A stretch of DNA of 64,000 nucleotides, from positions 6,303-70,302 of IMG/VR virus record IMGVR_UViG_3300023116_000035, one strand, 5' to 3'. The notes beneath the pieces were generated by a model. That model saw nothing but the letters and a program-made list of their open reading frames with translations, was not told where the DNA came from and made no database searches. Made by a program: the position numbers and the translations under genes. Shown piece after piece: positions 20,178 to 29,886 of the stretch; the first letter of the stretch is position 1, and each line of letters starts with the position of its first letter. Origin of the DNA: a virus.

Positions 20178-20822
20178 ATGTCATTTTCAAGCATTAAAAC
20201 ACTAAAAGATATTGAGAACAGTATTCCGCAGAAGTCAGGCGGTTCTGGAGGTGCGAAGAAGTTTTTCAACCTTCAGTCAGGCGATACTTACAAGGTTCGT
20301 TTCCGTCAAGAACTTACTGAGGATTCTAAGCATTACGAAGAAGAAGTGGGAACCGGCATTATTGTTCCGGTTGTGACTTCACCCATTAACTGGAAGTGGC
20401 GCTGTGCATCTACAGCGTCAATGGCGGAGCATGGCTACCGCTGTTGGGCGACTGAGCAGATTGCTCAGGATGGGCGTTGGAAGCCGAAGCCTCACCTTCT
20501 CATTAATATTGCGGTTGAGATTGATGGTACATGGGAACCTCGTATCCTTGATACCACTTTCAACCAGCGTCACATCGGTCTTATGCTGATGGAGTACGCT
20601 AAAGAGTTTGGTTCGATTATGGATCAGACATTTAAGTACAGCCGTACTGGTTCAGGTGCTCAGGACACTAATTATAGCCTGATTCCTCTTGGAACTAGTG
20701 AGGCTGATGCTTCCATTGCTGGTCTTACTATGCACCAGTTGGACAACGTGTACATGGTACTCGGATACGATAAGCAGAAGCAGTATCTGACTACTGGTGA
20801 ATTGACTAACGACGGTTGGTGA
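20178..20822 (+). CDS. Single-stranded DNA-binding protein (gp32-like)
   Basis: 'KFFNLQSGD..KVRF', 'YSRTGSG..DTNYSLIP'; follows primase. Confidence 0.6.
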   Translation: MSFSSIKTLKDIENSIPQKSGGSGGAKKFFNLQSGDTYKVRFRQELTEDSKHYEEEVGTGIIVPVVTSPINWKWRCASTASMAEHGYRCWATEQIAQDGRWKPKPHLLINIAVEIDGTWEPRILDTTFNQRHIGLMLMEYAKEFGSIMDQTFKYSRTGSGAQDTNYSLIPLGTSEADASIAGLTMHQLDNVYMVLGYDKQKQYLTTGELTNDGW

Positions 20823-20838
20823 TTTCGACGGTGCGATT

Positions 20839-20877
20839 GTTGGGCTACGTGGGGGGAGCAATCCCCCCACACCCAAC
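20839..20877 (+). terminator. Strong stem-loop after SSB
   Basis: GTTGGG-ctac-GTGGGGGGA-GCAA-TCCCCCCAC-a-CCCAAC; no U-tract. Confidence 0.5.
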
Positions 20878-20891
20878 GGAAAGGTTGTCTT

Positions 20892-21413
20892 GTGGGTAAG
20901 ACTATTTGTTTGGATCTTGATGGGGTCGTTGCAGATCTCGTTGGCTCGATCAATAAAGAACTAGATGTTCGTGGGATGTCTGGGTTTGATTATTCTGATT
21001 GGGTTATTTCTCCGTATGAGGATGATTTGACTCGGGAGATTTTTGGTTCTCGGGTGTTTTGGAGAAATTTGAAGCCTTTTGTTGATTCGTGGTATGCGGT
21101 TAATGATTGGTGGGCGTTGGGTCATGATGTATTTTTTGTGACTGCTAGGTATTCTGATGCGGCTATTCGTTGGGCGAGGCCGTGGTTGGATATGTGGAAT
21201 TTTCAGTATTCTGATTTGTTTTTTGCTGAGATGGGCGATAAGTCTGGCTTGGTGCAGATGTTGAAGGCTGATGTGATGGTTGAGGATAATCCTCATGAGG
21301 TTGGGTTGTTGAGGGAGGCTGGTGTTGATGCGTATTTGATGCGGGCTTGGTATAATTCGGAGTTTTGGGAGGAGTTCCCTTCTGTGGGTTCTTTGTTGGA
21401 GGTGTTAGTGTGA
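20892..21413 (+). CDS. HAD-family 5'(3')-deoxyribonucleotidase-like
   Basis: 'CLDLDGVVAD', 'FVTAR', 'MVEDNP'. Confidence 0.8.
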   Translation: MGKTICLDLDGVVADLVGSINKELDVRGMSGFDYSDWVISPYEDDLTREIFGSRVFWRNLKPFVDSWYAVNDWWALGHDVFFVTARYSDAAIRWARPWLDMWNFQYSDLFFAEMGDKSGLVQMLKADVMVEDNPHEVGLLREAGVDAYLMRAWYNSEFWEEFPSVGSLLEVLV

Positions 21414-22600
21414 AGTTTGGTTCTTTGTTTGCTGGGGTCGGTGGTTTTGATCTTGGTTTTGAGGCTGCTGGTGGTGTGTGTTGCTGGCAGGTTGAGTGGG
21501 ATAAGCATTGTCAGCAGGTGTTGGGTTTTCGCTGGCCGACTGTGCCAAAGTTTGAGGATGTGCGTGATGTGTCTGGCTATGATTTGGAGCCGGTTGATGT
21601 TATTACGTATGGGTTTCCTTGTCAGGATCTGAGTGTTGCTGGCAAGCAGGCTGGTTTAGATGGCGACCGGTCTGGTTTGTTTTTTGAAGCCATTCGTATT
21701 ATTAAGGAGATGAGAGATGCAACAGATGGACAATTTCCAAGAGTCGTTGTGGCCGAAAACGTCGCCGGACTGCTCAGTGCCGACGGAGGCGATGCAATGG
21801 GGAGATGCCTTGACACGCTGGCCGAAGCAGGGGCGTTGGTCAGCGAGTGGTGTATGTTGGACTCACAGTGGTTCGGAGTTCCCCAGAGAAGAAGGCGCGT
21901 GTTCCTTGCCTCTGTCTTCGATTCTTCAGTTGCCGGAAGATGTCCCGACGAAATTTTCCCTCTCTGCGAAGGCGGCTCAGGGGATTTTGAACAGAGCGTC
22001 AAGGAGGGGCAAAGAGTTGCCGGTGGAGTTGAGGATGGCGTTGGAGTCGGTCGTTCGTTCAGAATGCTAGGTTTTGGTCATTATGCTGATGATGATTCTG
22101 CGTCTACGTTGAAGGCTAGGGATTATAAGGATGCTACTGATCTTGTTGTGATGCCTATTTCTGGTAAGGTGATTGGTCGTAAGGATTCTAATACGGGTAA
22201 TGGTCGGGGTTATGGTTTTGATGGTGATCCGATGTTTACTTTGACTACGGTTGATCATCATGCTGTTGCTGTTGTTCCTTTTGTGAAGTCTAGGAGGGCA
22301 CAGAATAAGGATGATTTTGAGACTTGGGTTGAGGGTGGTCCTGCGCCTACGTTGAATCAGTTTGATATGGGTGATATTCGTTCTACTGTGACGGTGTTGT
22401 CTGGTGATGCTGGTTCGTTGGGTGTGAGGAGGCTTACTCCGTTGGAGTGTGAGCGTTTGATGGGGTGGCCTGATGAACATACGTTGTATCGTTCTGATGG
22501 TAAGGTGACTTCTGATTCTCAGCGTTTTAAGATGTGTGGTAATGGTGTTGTGGCTCCTGTTGCTCAGTGGGTTGCTAAACAGATTGGGGCGTTGTTGTGA
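21410..22600 (+). CDS. C5-cytosine DNA methyltransferase (main chain)
   Basis: SLFAGVGG, GFPCQD, ENV, PQRRRRVF, RRLTPLECERLMG, GNGV. Confidence 0.93.
   Translation: MKFGSLFAGVGGFDLGFEAAGGVCCWQVEWDKHCQQVLGFRWPTVPKFEDVRDVSGYDLEPVDVITYGFPCQDLSVAGKQAGLDGDRSGLFFEAIRIIKEMRDATDGQFPRVVVAENVAGLLSADGGDAMGRCLDTLAEAGALVSEWCMLDSQWFGVPQRRRRVFLASVFDSSVAGRCPDEIFPLCEGGSGDFEQSVKEGQRVAGGVEDGVGVGRSFRMLGFGHYADDDSASTLKARDYKDATDLVVMPISGKVIGRKDSNTGNGRGYGFDGDPMFTLTTVDHHAVAVVPFVKSRRAQNKDDFETWVEGGPAPTLNQFDMGDIRSTVTVLSGDAGSLGVRRLTPLECERLMGWPDEHTLYRSDGKVTSDSQRFKMCGNGVVAPVAQWVAKQIGALL
21717..22070 (+). CDS. Nested alternative-frame polypeptide within C5 MTase (M.EcoHK31I beta-like)
   Basis: AAGGAG 7 nt before ATG; 'LSSILQ...VPTKFSLSAKAAQGILNRASRRGKELP..L..AL'; local loss of the G/T third-position bias. 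Confidence 0.7.
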   Translation: MQQMDNFQESLWPKTSPDCSVPTEAMQWGDALTRWPKQGRWSASGVCWTHSGSEFPREEGACSLPLSSILQLPEDVPTKFSLSAKAAQGILNRASRRGKELPVELRMALESVVRSEC

Positions 22601-25600
22601 CGGATTTTGTGCATTTGCATTGTCATAGTGAGTATTCACTTCTTGATGGGATGTCTCGTCCTGAGGATATTGCTCGTATTGCGTCGTCTAATGGTCAGTT
22701 TGCGGCTGCTATTACTGATCATGGGACGATGGGTGGTGTGTTGAAGTTTCAGGATGCTTGCGATAAGTCTGGTGTTCGACCTTTGTTCGGTATTGAGGCT
22801 TATTTTGTTCCTTCTGTTGAGTCTGATTCTGATTCAAAGCATGAGCGTTTTCATTTGATTCTTTTAGCGAAGAATAATGAGGGTTTGCAAAAGCTTTTTG
22901 AGGCTAATCGTGTTGGTTGGAAGGACAATTTTTATTATAAGCCTCGTATGGATTTTGATCTTCTCGAGGATCTTGTTGATGATGATGTGATTGCTTTGTC
23001 TGGTTGTATGGGTGGGGCGATTTCTAAGGCTTTGGAGCGTGGTGATCAGGCTGAAGCTGAGATGTTGTCGGAGAGGTTTGTCAAGATTTTTGGTGATGAT
23101 TTCTATTATGAGGTGCAGGCTTGGAATCCTCAGTCGTTGAATGATGGGTTGATTGATTTAGCGTCGTCGTTTAATAAGAAGGTTGTTGCTACTGCTGATT
23201 GCCACTTTCCTTCTGCTCATGATGCTCATGATGAAGAGGTTCTTCTTATGGTGTCGCAGTATCCGTCGTTGAATGCTGGTCAGGTTCGTCATGCTAAGGA
23301 GAATCTTGCTGGTGGGGGTAATGTGACGGATAAGATGAATCGTATGTATCCTGATCGTTTTCTCAGGTTTGATCATATTAATCCTTATGTTGCTCCTGCT
23401 GAAGAAGTGTTGTCTTGGTTCGCAGATAAAGGTTATGATGAGCCGTTGTATCTTGAAAACACGGTTGAGGTTGCTGAGAAGTGTTCTGCTCGTATTGAGA
23501 AACGTAAGAATCTTTTGCCGAAGTATATGAAGGCTTTGGATTCAGATGATTATTTGCGTGAGTTGTGTTTGACTGCTTTGTCTGACAAATCGATTGATAC
23601 TGATGTGTATCGCAATCGTCTTGATGAGGAACTTGCTGTCATTTCTAAACTTGGTTTCTCAGACTATTTTTTGATGACTTGGGACTTGGTGAAGTGGTGT
23701 GATCGTAATGATGTTGGTCGTGGAACTGGTCGTGGTTCTGTCGGTGGGTCTTTGATTGCGTATTTGCTTGATATTTCTAAGGTTGATCCTATTGAGTATG
23801 GTTTGTTGTTTGCTCGTTTCTTGAATCCTGATCGTAATGATTATCCTGATATTGATTTGGACTTTGAGGATAAGAAGCGTGAAGAGGTTAAGCAGTATCT
23901 TGCTGAGCGTTGGGGTTCTGAGAATGTTGCGGCTATTGCGACGTATGGTGTGTTTAAACCTAAGTCTGTGATTAAAGATGTCGCTAGGGTTTTTCAGGTT
24001 CCGTTTGATGAGACCAATAGTGTGACTCCGTTCTTTGAGACTTTGGAAGAGTTGCAGGCGACGGACAAGGGCAAGACGTTTATTAAGAAGTATCCTGATG
24101 TGTTGCCAGTTGCGAAGAAGTTGGAAGGCAGGATTCGTAATACTGGTATTCATGCGGCTGGTATGGTTGTTTCTTCTGTCCCATTGACCGATATTTGCCC
24201 CGTAGAGACTCGTAAAGGCACTTCTGGCGAGGGCAGAGCGGCTGTCACTTCTTTTGATATGGAGGACGCTGAGGCGGTCGGTTTGATCAAGGTTGATATT
24301 CTTGGTTTGAAGACTGTTTCTGTTATTAAGGATTGTATTTCTAAGATTAAGGAGATTCATGGTGTTGACGTTACTGATACGTCGCTTACTTTGGATGATC
24401 CTGCTGTGTTCCAAAACTTTAATGAGGGTAATACTGTGGGTGTGTTTCAGGCTGATGCAGCTGCTTACAGAAACCTTATTGATCGCATGGGTATTGATGA
24501 TTTTAATGATCTGGTTGTTTCTAATGCGCTAGTTCGTCCAGGTGCGTTGCTTTCTCAGGGTCAGGCTTATATTGACTGCAAGAAGGGTGAGGCTCAACCT
24601 AAGTATCCTCATGAGGTTGTGAAACCTATTTTGGAAGAGACTTACGGTACTGTCATCTTTCAGGAGCAGTTGATGCAGATGGCTGTGTTGCTTGCTGGTT
24701 TTACTTGGTCTGAGGCTGACAAGCTTCGTAAGATTATTGGTAAGAAGCGTGATGCGGCTGGTTTTGATGAGTATAAGGAGAAGTTCTGTAGTAACGAGTA
24801 TTTGACTCGTAAGCAGTCTGAGAAGATTTGGGCTGACTTTGAACTTGCGGCTTTGTACATGTTTAATAAGTCGCACGCTGTTGCTTATTCTATGTTGTCG
24901 TATCAGACGATGTGGTTGAAGATTAATTACCCTAAAGAGTTTGTGTGGTCAATGCTGTACAACGAGTCTGAAAAGGGTAAGATCACCGCTTATCTGATGG
25001 AGGCTACTCGACTTGGTATTAAGACTCTTCCTCCTGATGTAAATACGTCAGATGAGTATTTCACTATTGACTCTGAGGGTATTCGTTTTGGTTTGAGGAA
25101 CGTTGCTGGCTGTGGTAATAGTGCGATTGATGAGATTACTAAGCATCGTCCTTACAATTCATACGACGAGTTTATGAACAAGTGTTCTAAGCGTCATGTG
25201 AAGGCTCCGCTTAGGGAAAGTTTGGAGAAGGTTGGTGCGTTCGTTTCTTTAGGTCATAATTCTGGCTATGATCACGAACGCTACTATCTTCCGATTCTAG
25301 GCTTTGCGGCTGGTCTTGCTGATAGCGATAACGAGATGGATGAACTTGTGGAGCCGATTGATGGCTTCCATGAGATTTACTCAGAGTTGCGGATGATTAA
25401 GGGTGTGGTTCGTTCTACTAAGAAGACACCGAAGTATCTGCGTGTTGAGATTGAGGATCAAACATCGTCTGTCAGCGTGTTCTGTGATCGCAATGCTGAG
25501 ATTGCTAATCGTGATTTTATGTATTTCTTGATTGGTGACCGCACATTACATATGTTCTGTGACGCTTATGAGTACGCAGGTACTGACCTTTATGATCTGA

Positions 25601-25968
25601 CTACGATCAGGAAGAAGGGTAAGGAACACGAATATAATTGGTTGTATGACACCGGCTTGGGTGACGCTTCGGATGAAAGAAGTTTGCTGTACATTTTTAG
25701 CACTAGGACATTTACTACTGCTAAGGGTAAGGATATGTGCAACTTTTATGCGTGGGATGGTCAGAAGATTATCAAGGTTGTTGTTTTCCCATTCTTGTAC
25801 GCAAAAATGCGTCATATGTTGGGCAAGACAGGATGGCACGCTGCTAAACTTAAAGATGTAAAAGACTTAGAGGCAGCTGCTCGTCTGGACTCTTACACTC
25901 TGGACAACGAGAACTCCCTAATTACAATAGAAAACTATATTGAAAGAAAGAGGTTGGTCAAACCGTGA
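22597..25968 (+). CDS. dnaE: DNA polymerase III alpha subunit (DnaE-type)
   Basis: PHP 'HLHCHSEYSLLDG', 'GRGSVGGSL', 'PDIDLDF', 'KVDILGL', 'FNKSHA'. Confidence 0.96.
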   Translation: MTDFVHLHCHSEYSLLDGMSRPEDIARIASSNGQFAAAITDHGTMGGVLKFQDACDKSGVRPLFGIEAYFVPSVESDSDSKHERFHLILLAKNNEGLQKLFEANRVGWKDNFYYKPRMDFDLLEDLVDDDVIALSGCMGGAISKALERGDQAEAEMLSERFVKIFGDDFYYEVQAWNPQSLNDGLIDLASSFNKKVVATADCHFPSAHDAHDEEVLLMVSQYPSLNAGQVRHAKENLAGGGNVTDKMNRMYPDRFLRFDHINPYVAPAEEVLSWFADKGYDEPLYLENTVEVAEKCSARIEKRKNLLPKYMKALDSDDYLRELCLTALSDKSIDTDVYRNRLDEELAVISKLGFSDYFLMTWDLVKWCDRNDVGRGTGRGSVGGSLIAYLLDISKVDPIEYGLLFARFLNPDRNDYPDIDLDFEDKKREEVKQYLAERWGSENVAAIATYGVFKPKSVIKDVARVFQVPFDETNSVTPFFETLEELQATDKGKTFIKKYPDVLPVAKKLEGRIRNTGIHAAGMVVSSVPLTDICPVETRKGTSGEGRAAVTSFDMEDAEAVGLIKVDILGLKTVSVIKDCISKIKEIHGVDVTDTSLTLDDPAVFQNFNEGNTVGVFQADAAAYRNLIDRMGIDDFNDLVVSNALVRPGALLSQGQAYIDCKKGEAQPKYPHEVVKPILEETYGTVIFQEQLMQMAVLLAGFTWSEADKLRKIIGKKRDAAGFDEYKEKFCSNEYLTRKQSEKIWADFELAALYMFNKSHAVAYSMLSYQTMWLKINYPKEFVWSMLYNESEKGKITAYLMEATRLGIKTLPPDVNTSDEYFTIDSEGIRFGLRNVAGCGNSAIDEITKHRPYNSYDEFMNKCSKRHVKAPLRESLEKVGAFVSLGHNSGYDHERYYLPILGFAAGLADSDNEMDELVEPIDGFHEIYSELRMIKGVVRSTKKTPKYLRVEIEDQTSSVSVFCDRNAEIANRDFMYFLIGDRTLHMFCDAYEYAGTDLYDLTTIRKKGKEHEYNWLYDTGLGDASDERSLLYIFSTRTFTTAKGKDMCNFYAWDGQKIIKVVVFPFLYAKMRHMLGKTGWHAAKLKDVKDLEAAARLDSYTLDNENSLITIENYIERKRLVKP

Positions 25969-26903
25969 CATTGGAACAGTATCAAGATATTTGGGTGAAT
26001 GGTCAAGTCAAACAGCCTGGTATCCGTGATTGTGGATTGAGGTGGGAAATGATGAAACCTCAACTGGATAGATGGAAACGTCCGTTTACTGTTTTAGACT
26101 TTGGTGCAAATCTTGGTTATTATTCTTTGCGTCTTGTTGAGGAATACGATTGCACTGTGGTTGCTGTCGAAAGCATTTATACGGAATGGTTGAAGCAGGT
26201 TCTGGATGAGAACAAGCAGGACAGGATTATCTTGCTAGATAAGAAGTTTACTCTTCAGGATATTCAAGAGTTGTCTGAGGTTGAGCATTTTGACTTGGTG
26301 CTTGCTCTGTCAGTGATGCATCATGTTGAGGGTGGCTCATATGAAGAGATTTTGGAGGCTTTTAAATCTTTAGGTGATGTGATGATCTCTGAAATTGCTT
26401 TAGAAGGTCCAGCCTGTGGTCAAAATATTGTTAAGGATACTTATGTCCCGAAGAATGCAAAGGTGCTCGGCAAACCTAAATCTCATTTAGATGGCTCTGA
26501 GCGCATCTTGTTTGTCTCGGAGCATAGCAAGAGAAAAATTGCTAAGTCTTATATTGGTACACCTTTGCGTGACACTGCTTTGAATATTCATTCAGATTAT
26601 TATCATAAAGAGTATGTGAAGTCCGGTAGTGTTAGGCAATGGTATCGTGGTATCAATCTGAAGACATGGATGGAGATGGGTGGGGTTCTTCCTTCTCCTG
26701 AGAAAATTGTTGAAATGTGTGAGAAGCAGAAACCTGACTTCATGAAAGGTGATATGATTCATGGAGACCTCGCCGTACACAATGTAATTTTGCAGGGTGA
26801 TCAGGTTAAGTTTATTGACAGTCTTGATGTGAGAAGGCATGTTGAGATTGACGATGACTGGTTCGAAAAAATGGTTAACGAAATTCTAGATTCTAGGAGG
26901 TAA
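25965..26903 (+). CDS. SAM-dependent methyltransferase fused to kinase-like C-terminus
   Basis: 'VLDFGANLGYYS', 'FDLVLALSVMHH'; C-terminal 'IHGDLAVHNVIL....KFID'. Confidence 0.7.
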   Translation: MTLEQYQDIWVNGQVKQPGIRDCGLRWEMMKPQLDRWKRPFTVLDFGANLGYYSLRLVEEYDCTVVAVESIYTEWLKQVLDENKQDRIILLDKKFTLQDIQELSEVEHFDLVLALSVMHHVEGGSYEEILEAFKSLGDVMISEIALEGPACGQNIVKDTYVPKNAKVLGKPKSHLDGSERILFVSEHSKRKIAKSYIGTPLRDTALNIHSDYYHKEYVKSGSVRQWYRGINLKTWMEMGGVLPSPEKIVEMCEKQKPDFMKGDMIHGDLAVHNVILQGDQVKFIDSLDVRRHVEIDDDWFEKMVNEILDSRR

Positions 26904-26904
26904 T

Positions 26905-27822
26905 ATGTTATTTATTGATAAGAGGAAGGGCGATCTTGTCCCTACTCATGAGATTATTCCTACACCCAGCATCGGTTTGAATCGTGCTTTGGGTGGAGGC
27001 TTGTACACAGGTGCTACACATTTGTTTTGGGGTACACCTTCTGTTGGTAAGACAACCATGTGCTTTAGGATTCTTGCTGAGGCGCAAAAGATGGGTTATC
27101 GACCAATCATTGTTGACTCCGAGTATTCGTACTCAGAAGAGTATGCGGCTAAGTGCGGTATCAATGTTGATGACGTTGTGCTGATTCAGTCTACTGTTGT
27201 TGAGGATATCCTTAGACACCTGATTGGTTATCTGAATCATCCTGATGAGAAGCACATCTTTTTGTTTGACAGTTTGTCCAATATTGTCAAGGAAGAGTTT
27301 TATGACAAGCCTGATGGCGGTAAGGCTATGGGTTTGCAGGCTCGTTCACAAGGCTACTTCTTGCAGAAGCTTGTCAACCATTTGCATAAGGAGCGGAACA
27401 TCATGCTCTTTGTAGCACATCAAACGGTCGATCTTAGTGGTATGTACGCTGTGATGAAAGCAAAGATGGGTAATACGGTTCATCACAACATGCACAATAT
27501 TATTAAGTTGTTCTTGTCAATGTCTCAAAAGGAGATGGAGCGTGAGGATCGTACCAATAAGATTATGAGTCAGCGTGCAACGTGGACTATTGAGAAAACA
27601 AAGCAGTTGCCTACGATTGGTACGCAAGGCTACTACTACGTTCTTCCGCAAGAGGGTCGCATTGATGTCAAGCGTGAGTTGATTGAGATGGCTGTTGAGA
27701 ATGACATCATTCAACGTCGTGGTGCTTGGTATTCTTATGGCGATGAGAAGTGGAACGGTACTTCTAATATCGAGTTGACTGAAGATCAGGTCAATGAGAT
27801 TTACAAGGAGTTGGTGAGTTGA
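26905..27822 (+). CDS. recA: RecA/UvsX-like recombinase
   Basis: 'TPSIGLNRALGGG', GTPSVGKT, 'VDSE', 'FDSL', 'IQRRGAWY'. Confidence 0.9.
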   Translation: MLFIDKRKGDLVPTHEIIPTPSIGLNRALGGGLYTGATHLFWGTPSVGKTTMCFRILAEAQKMGYRPIIVDSEYSYSEEYAAKCGINVDDVVLIQSTVVEDILRHLIGYLNHPDEKHIFLFDSLSNIVKEEFYDKPDGGKAMGLQARSQGYFLQKLVNHLHKERNIMLFVAHQTVDLSGMYAVMKAKMGNTVHHNMHNIIKLFLSMSQKEMEREDRTNKIMSQRATWTIEKTKQLPTIGTQGYYYVLPQEGRIDVKRELIEMAVENDIIQRRGAWYSYGDEKWNGTSNIELTEDQVNEIYKELVS

Positions 27823-28118
27823 AAAGAGATGAAGGTCAAGAAGCGAAAAGAGACAAGGCAAAGCCAGTTAAGAACTCTGGTAGAGGTTTTAGAAAAGGAG
27901 ATGCTACTTTTCATCGTTTCCTTCTTGACTATAAGCACAATGGTAGTTCTTTCACTCTTAGTCGTTCTGCGTGGATAAAGCATCGCAAAGATGCTTGGAG
28001 AAGTCAATACAGATATCCTTGCATTTCTGTTGTATTAGGCGAAGATTCTGATACTAAAGTTGCTATAATTGATTGGGAAGTATTTAAGGAGTTGATCCGT
28101 GACTCAGATTACGAATGA
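27819..28118 (+). CDS. PD-(D/E)xK Holliday-junction-resolvase-like nuclease
   Basis: 'NSGRG..KGDA....LDYK'. Confidence 0.55.
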   Translation: MKRDEGQEAKRDKAKPVKNSGRGFRKGDATFHRFLLDYKHNGSSFTLSRSAWIKHRKDAWRSQYRYPCISVVLGEDSDTKVAIIDWEVFKELIRDSDYE

Positions 28119-28272
28119 GGAACTGTATGAAACGGGTTTTTATTATGTTGTTGGTGTGCTCAGTATGATGCCATACTACGAGGACATCCCTGAAGAAGAA
28201 CTTGTATACGGTTTCCTTCAACGTGCTGAGGATATCATCCTTGAACGTCGAAGTAATTATGAGGAAGATTGA
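28099..28272 (+). CDS. Small acidic hypothetical protein (57 aa, not in ORF track)
   Basis: AAGGAG RBS, GTG start, MTQITNEELYETGFYY... Confidence 0.5.
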   Translation: MTQITNEELYETGFYYVVGVLSMMPYYEDIPEEELVYGFLQRAEDIILERRSNYEED

Positions 28273-28510
28273 GAAGCACGGTATTTTAGGATGGCTTATG
28301 ACGGCTCTTGTGGTTATTATATATGACTACTGGGCGCTATCTAGCAAGCATCAAACGATGTCTACTGCTTTTAAGAATGGTCTTTTTAGGAAGAGCACCT
28401 CTTTTCCCACATTCATCGGGTGGGCTGTGCTAACATGGCATTTGTTCCACCCCCCGTCACTACGGAAGACAGATTTGTTTTCTATTATCCTAGACAGGAA
28501 ACATAATTGA
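28259..28510 (+). CDS. Small membrane protein
   Basis: Two hydrophobic segments, 'W..L..HLF'. Confidence 0.55.
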   Translation: MRKIEKHGILGWLMTALVVIIYDYWALSSKHQTMSTAFKNGLFRKSTSFPTFIGWAVLTWHLFHPPSLRKTDLFSIILDRKHN

Positions 28511-28827
28511 GTAATTTTTATATAGACATAGATACAGTCACCAATATGATGGGTGACCATGCTGAAGAGTTTATTGAATGCATGAAGATTGTCGAAGACA
28601 TTATCCAGAGACCTGATCATTATGTTGGTGGTCAGGCTATCCGATACGCTAATCAACTTGCTGCTTTTAGAACAATGATGATTGTTAAGTCGCAAATGTT
28701 TAAGCGCAAGTCCCAACTTATGGACAATGAAGATAAGTTTGTTAATGATATTTGGAAAACAATGTATGAAGCTTTGGGTGAGAACATCAATGTTCTTAAA
28801 CTGTCGGCTAGGAATGGAGCACAATGA
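28507..28827 (+). CDS. Hypothetical protein
   Basis: Coupled ORF in recombination block. Confidence 0.55.
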   Translation: MSNFYIDIDTVTNMMGDHAEEFIECMKIVEDIIQRPDHYVGGQAIRYANQLAAFRTMMIVKSQMFKRKSQLMDNEDKFVNDIWKTMYEALGENINVLKLSARNGAQ

Positions 28828-29588
28828 AATCGTTAAAGGCATTGAAATCGGAACCTCAGGAGAAAGAGGCTATTGTTGAGAGTGAGCCTTTGACTGGTTC
28901 TCAACTTGAGGATATGTTCTGCGAGGCAGTAGATGTTCATATCGCTAAGCGTAATGAGCCTATCTATAAGAAGGTTGATTACTTTAGACCAAGTTCTACG
29001 AATCAGTGTGCTAGGTATTGGTATTACATGTTTGAAGGTGTGACGTATACACCTTCTTTCTCACCTCAGACATATCGTATCTTTGATAATGGACATGCTG
29101 TGCATGATAGGTTGTATTCTTATCTGCGCGAGATGGGCATTCTTGTTGCAGAAGAGTTGCCGGTGAGCAACGATGATCCACCTATTCAGGGTACTGCTGA
29201 TGGAATTATTGATCTTGATGGTCATAAACTTATTGAACTGAAGTCTATTTCTACGGAGGGGTTTCAGTATAGGCAGTTGTCTCATAAGCCTTCTGATGAT
29301 CATGTTCGTCAGGCTAATTTGTACATGCATTGTTTGAATTTAGATAGCGGTTTTGTTATTTATGAGAATAAAAACAATCAACAAATTTTACCTATCTATA
29401 TCGAGCGTGACGACGTATTTCTTGATAAACTATTTAAGAAGTATCGTAAGATCTATAAGGCTGTTGAAGACAACGAAAAACCAAAGCGGCCATATAAGCG
29501 TACTTCGAAGCACTGTGCTAGATGCGATCTAGCGGAATTGTGCTGGTCGGAGAAAGAAAATATTGAAGAGGAGTACGAGCCGTTTTGA
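28824..29588 (+). CDS. Cas4-like/PD-(D/E)xK exonuclease
   Basis: 'C.R..YY', 'GHAVH', 'GTADGI...IELKS', 'Q..LY', C-terminal CxxC....C. Confidence 0.85.
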   Translation: MKSLKALKSEPQEKEAIVESEPLTGSQLEDMFCEAVDVHIAKRNEPIYKKVDYFRPSSTNQCARYWYYMFEGVTYTPSFSPQTYRIFDNGHAVHDRLYSYLREMGILVAEELPVSNDDPPIQGTADGIIDLDGHKLIELKSISTEGFQYRQLSHKPSDDHVRQANLYMHCLNLDSGFVIYENKNNQQILPIYIERDDVFLDKLFKKYRKIYKAVEDNEKPKRPYKRTSKHCARCDLAELCWSEKENIEEEYEPF

Positions 29589-29886
29589 TCCTATCAGGTG
29601 CAAAAATCCGGAATGTAGAGAGGAATTTCTTCCAAAAACGTACAATGCGGTGTTTTGCTCCCCTGATTGCAGACGAATTGTTACCAACAAGAGGCTGCTT
29701 GAAAACTATTACAAGAAAAAGGAGAATAAAAACAAAAAGCGTGTATGCGCTACTTCTTCTTGTAGCACCATCCTTTCTTCTTACAATAAAGAAGATATAT
29801 GTGAAGCTTGTAAAAGAGAGAGATACATAAAAAGGCTTGTGTCTTGGGGCTGGGATGAAAAGGAGCTTCGAGATGAGTATAAGTAA
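29563..29886 (+). CDS. Cys-rich hypothetical protein
   Basis: Multiple Cys pairs. Confidence 0.5.
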   Translation: MKRSTSRFDPIRCKNPECREEFLPKTYNAVFCSPDCRRIVTNKRLLENYYKKKENKNKKRVCATSSCSTILSSYNKEDICEACKRERYIKRLVSWGWDEKELRDEYK

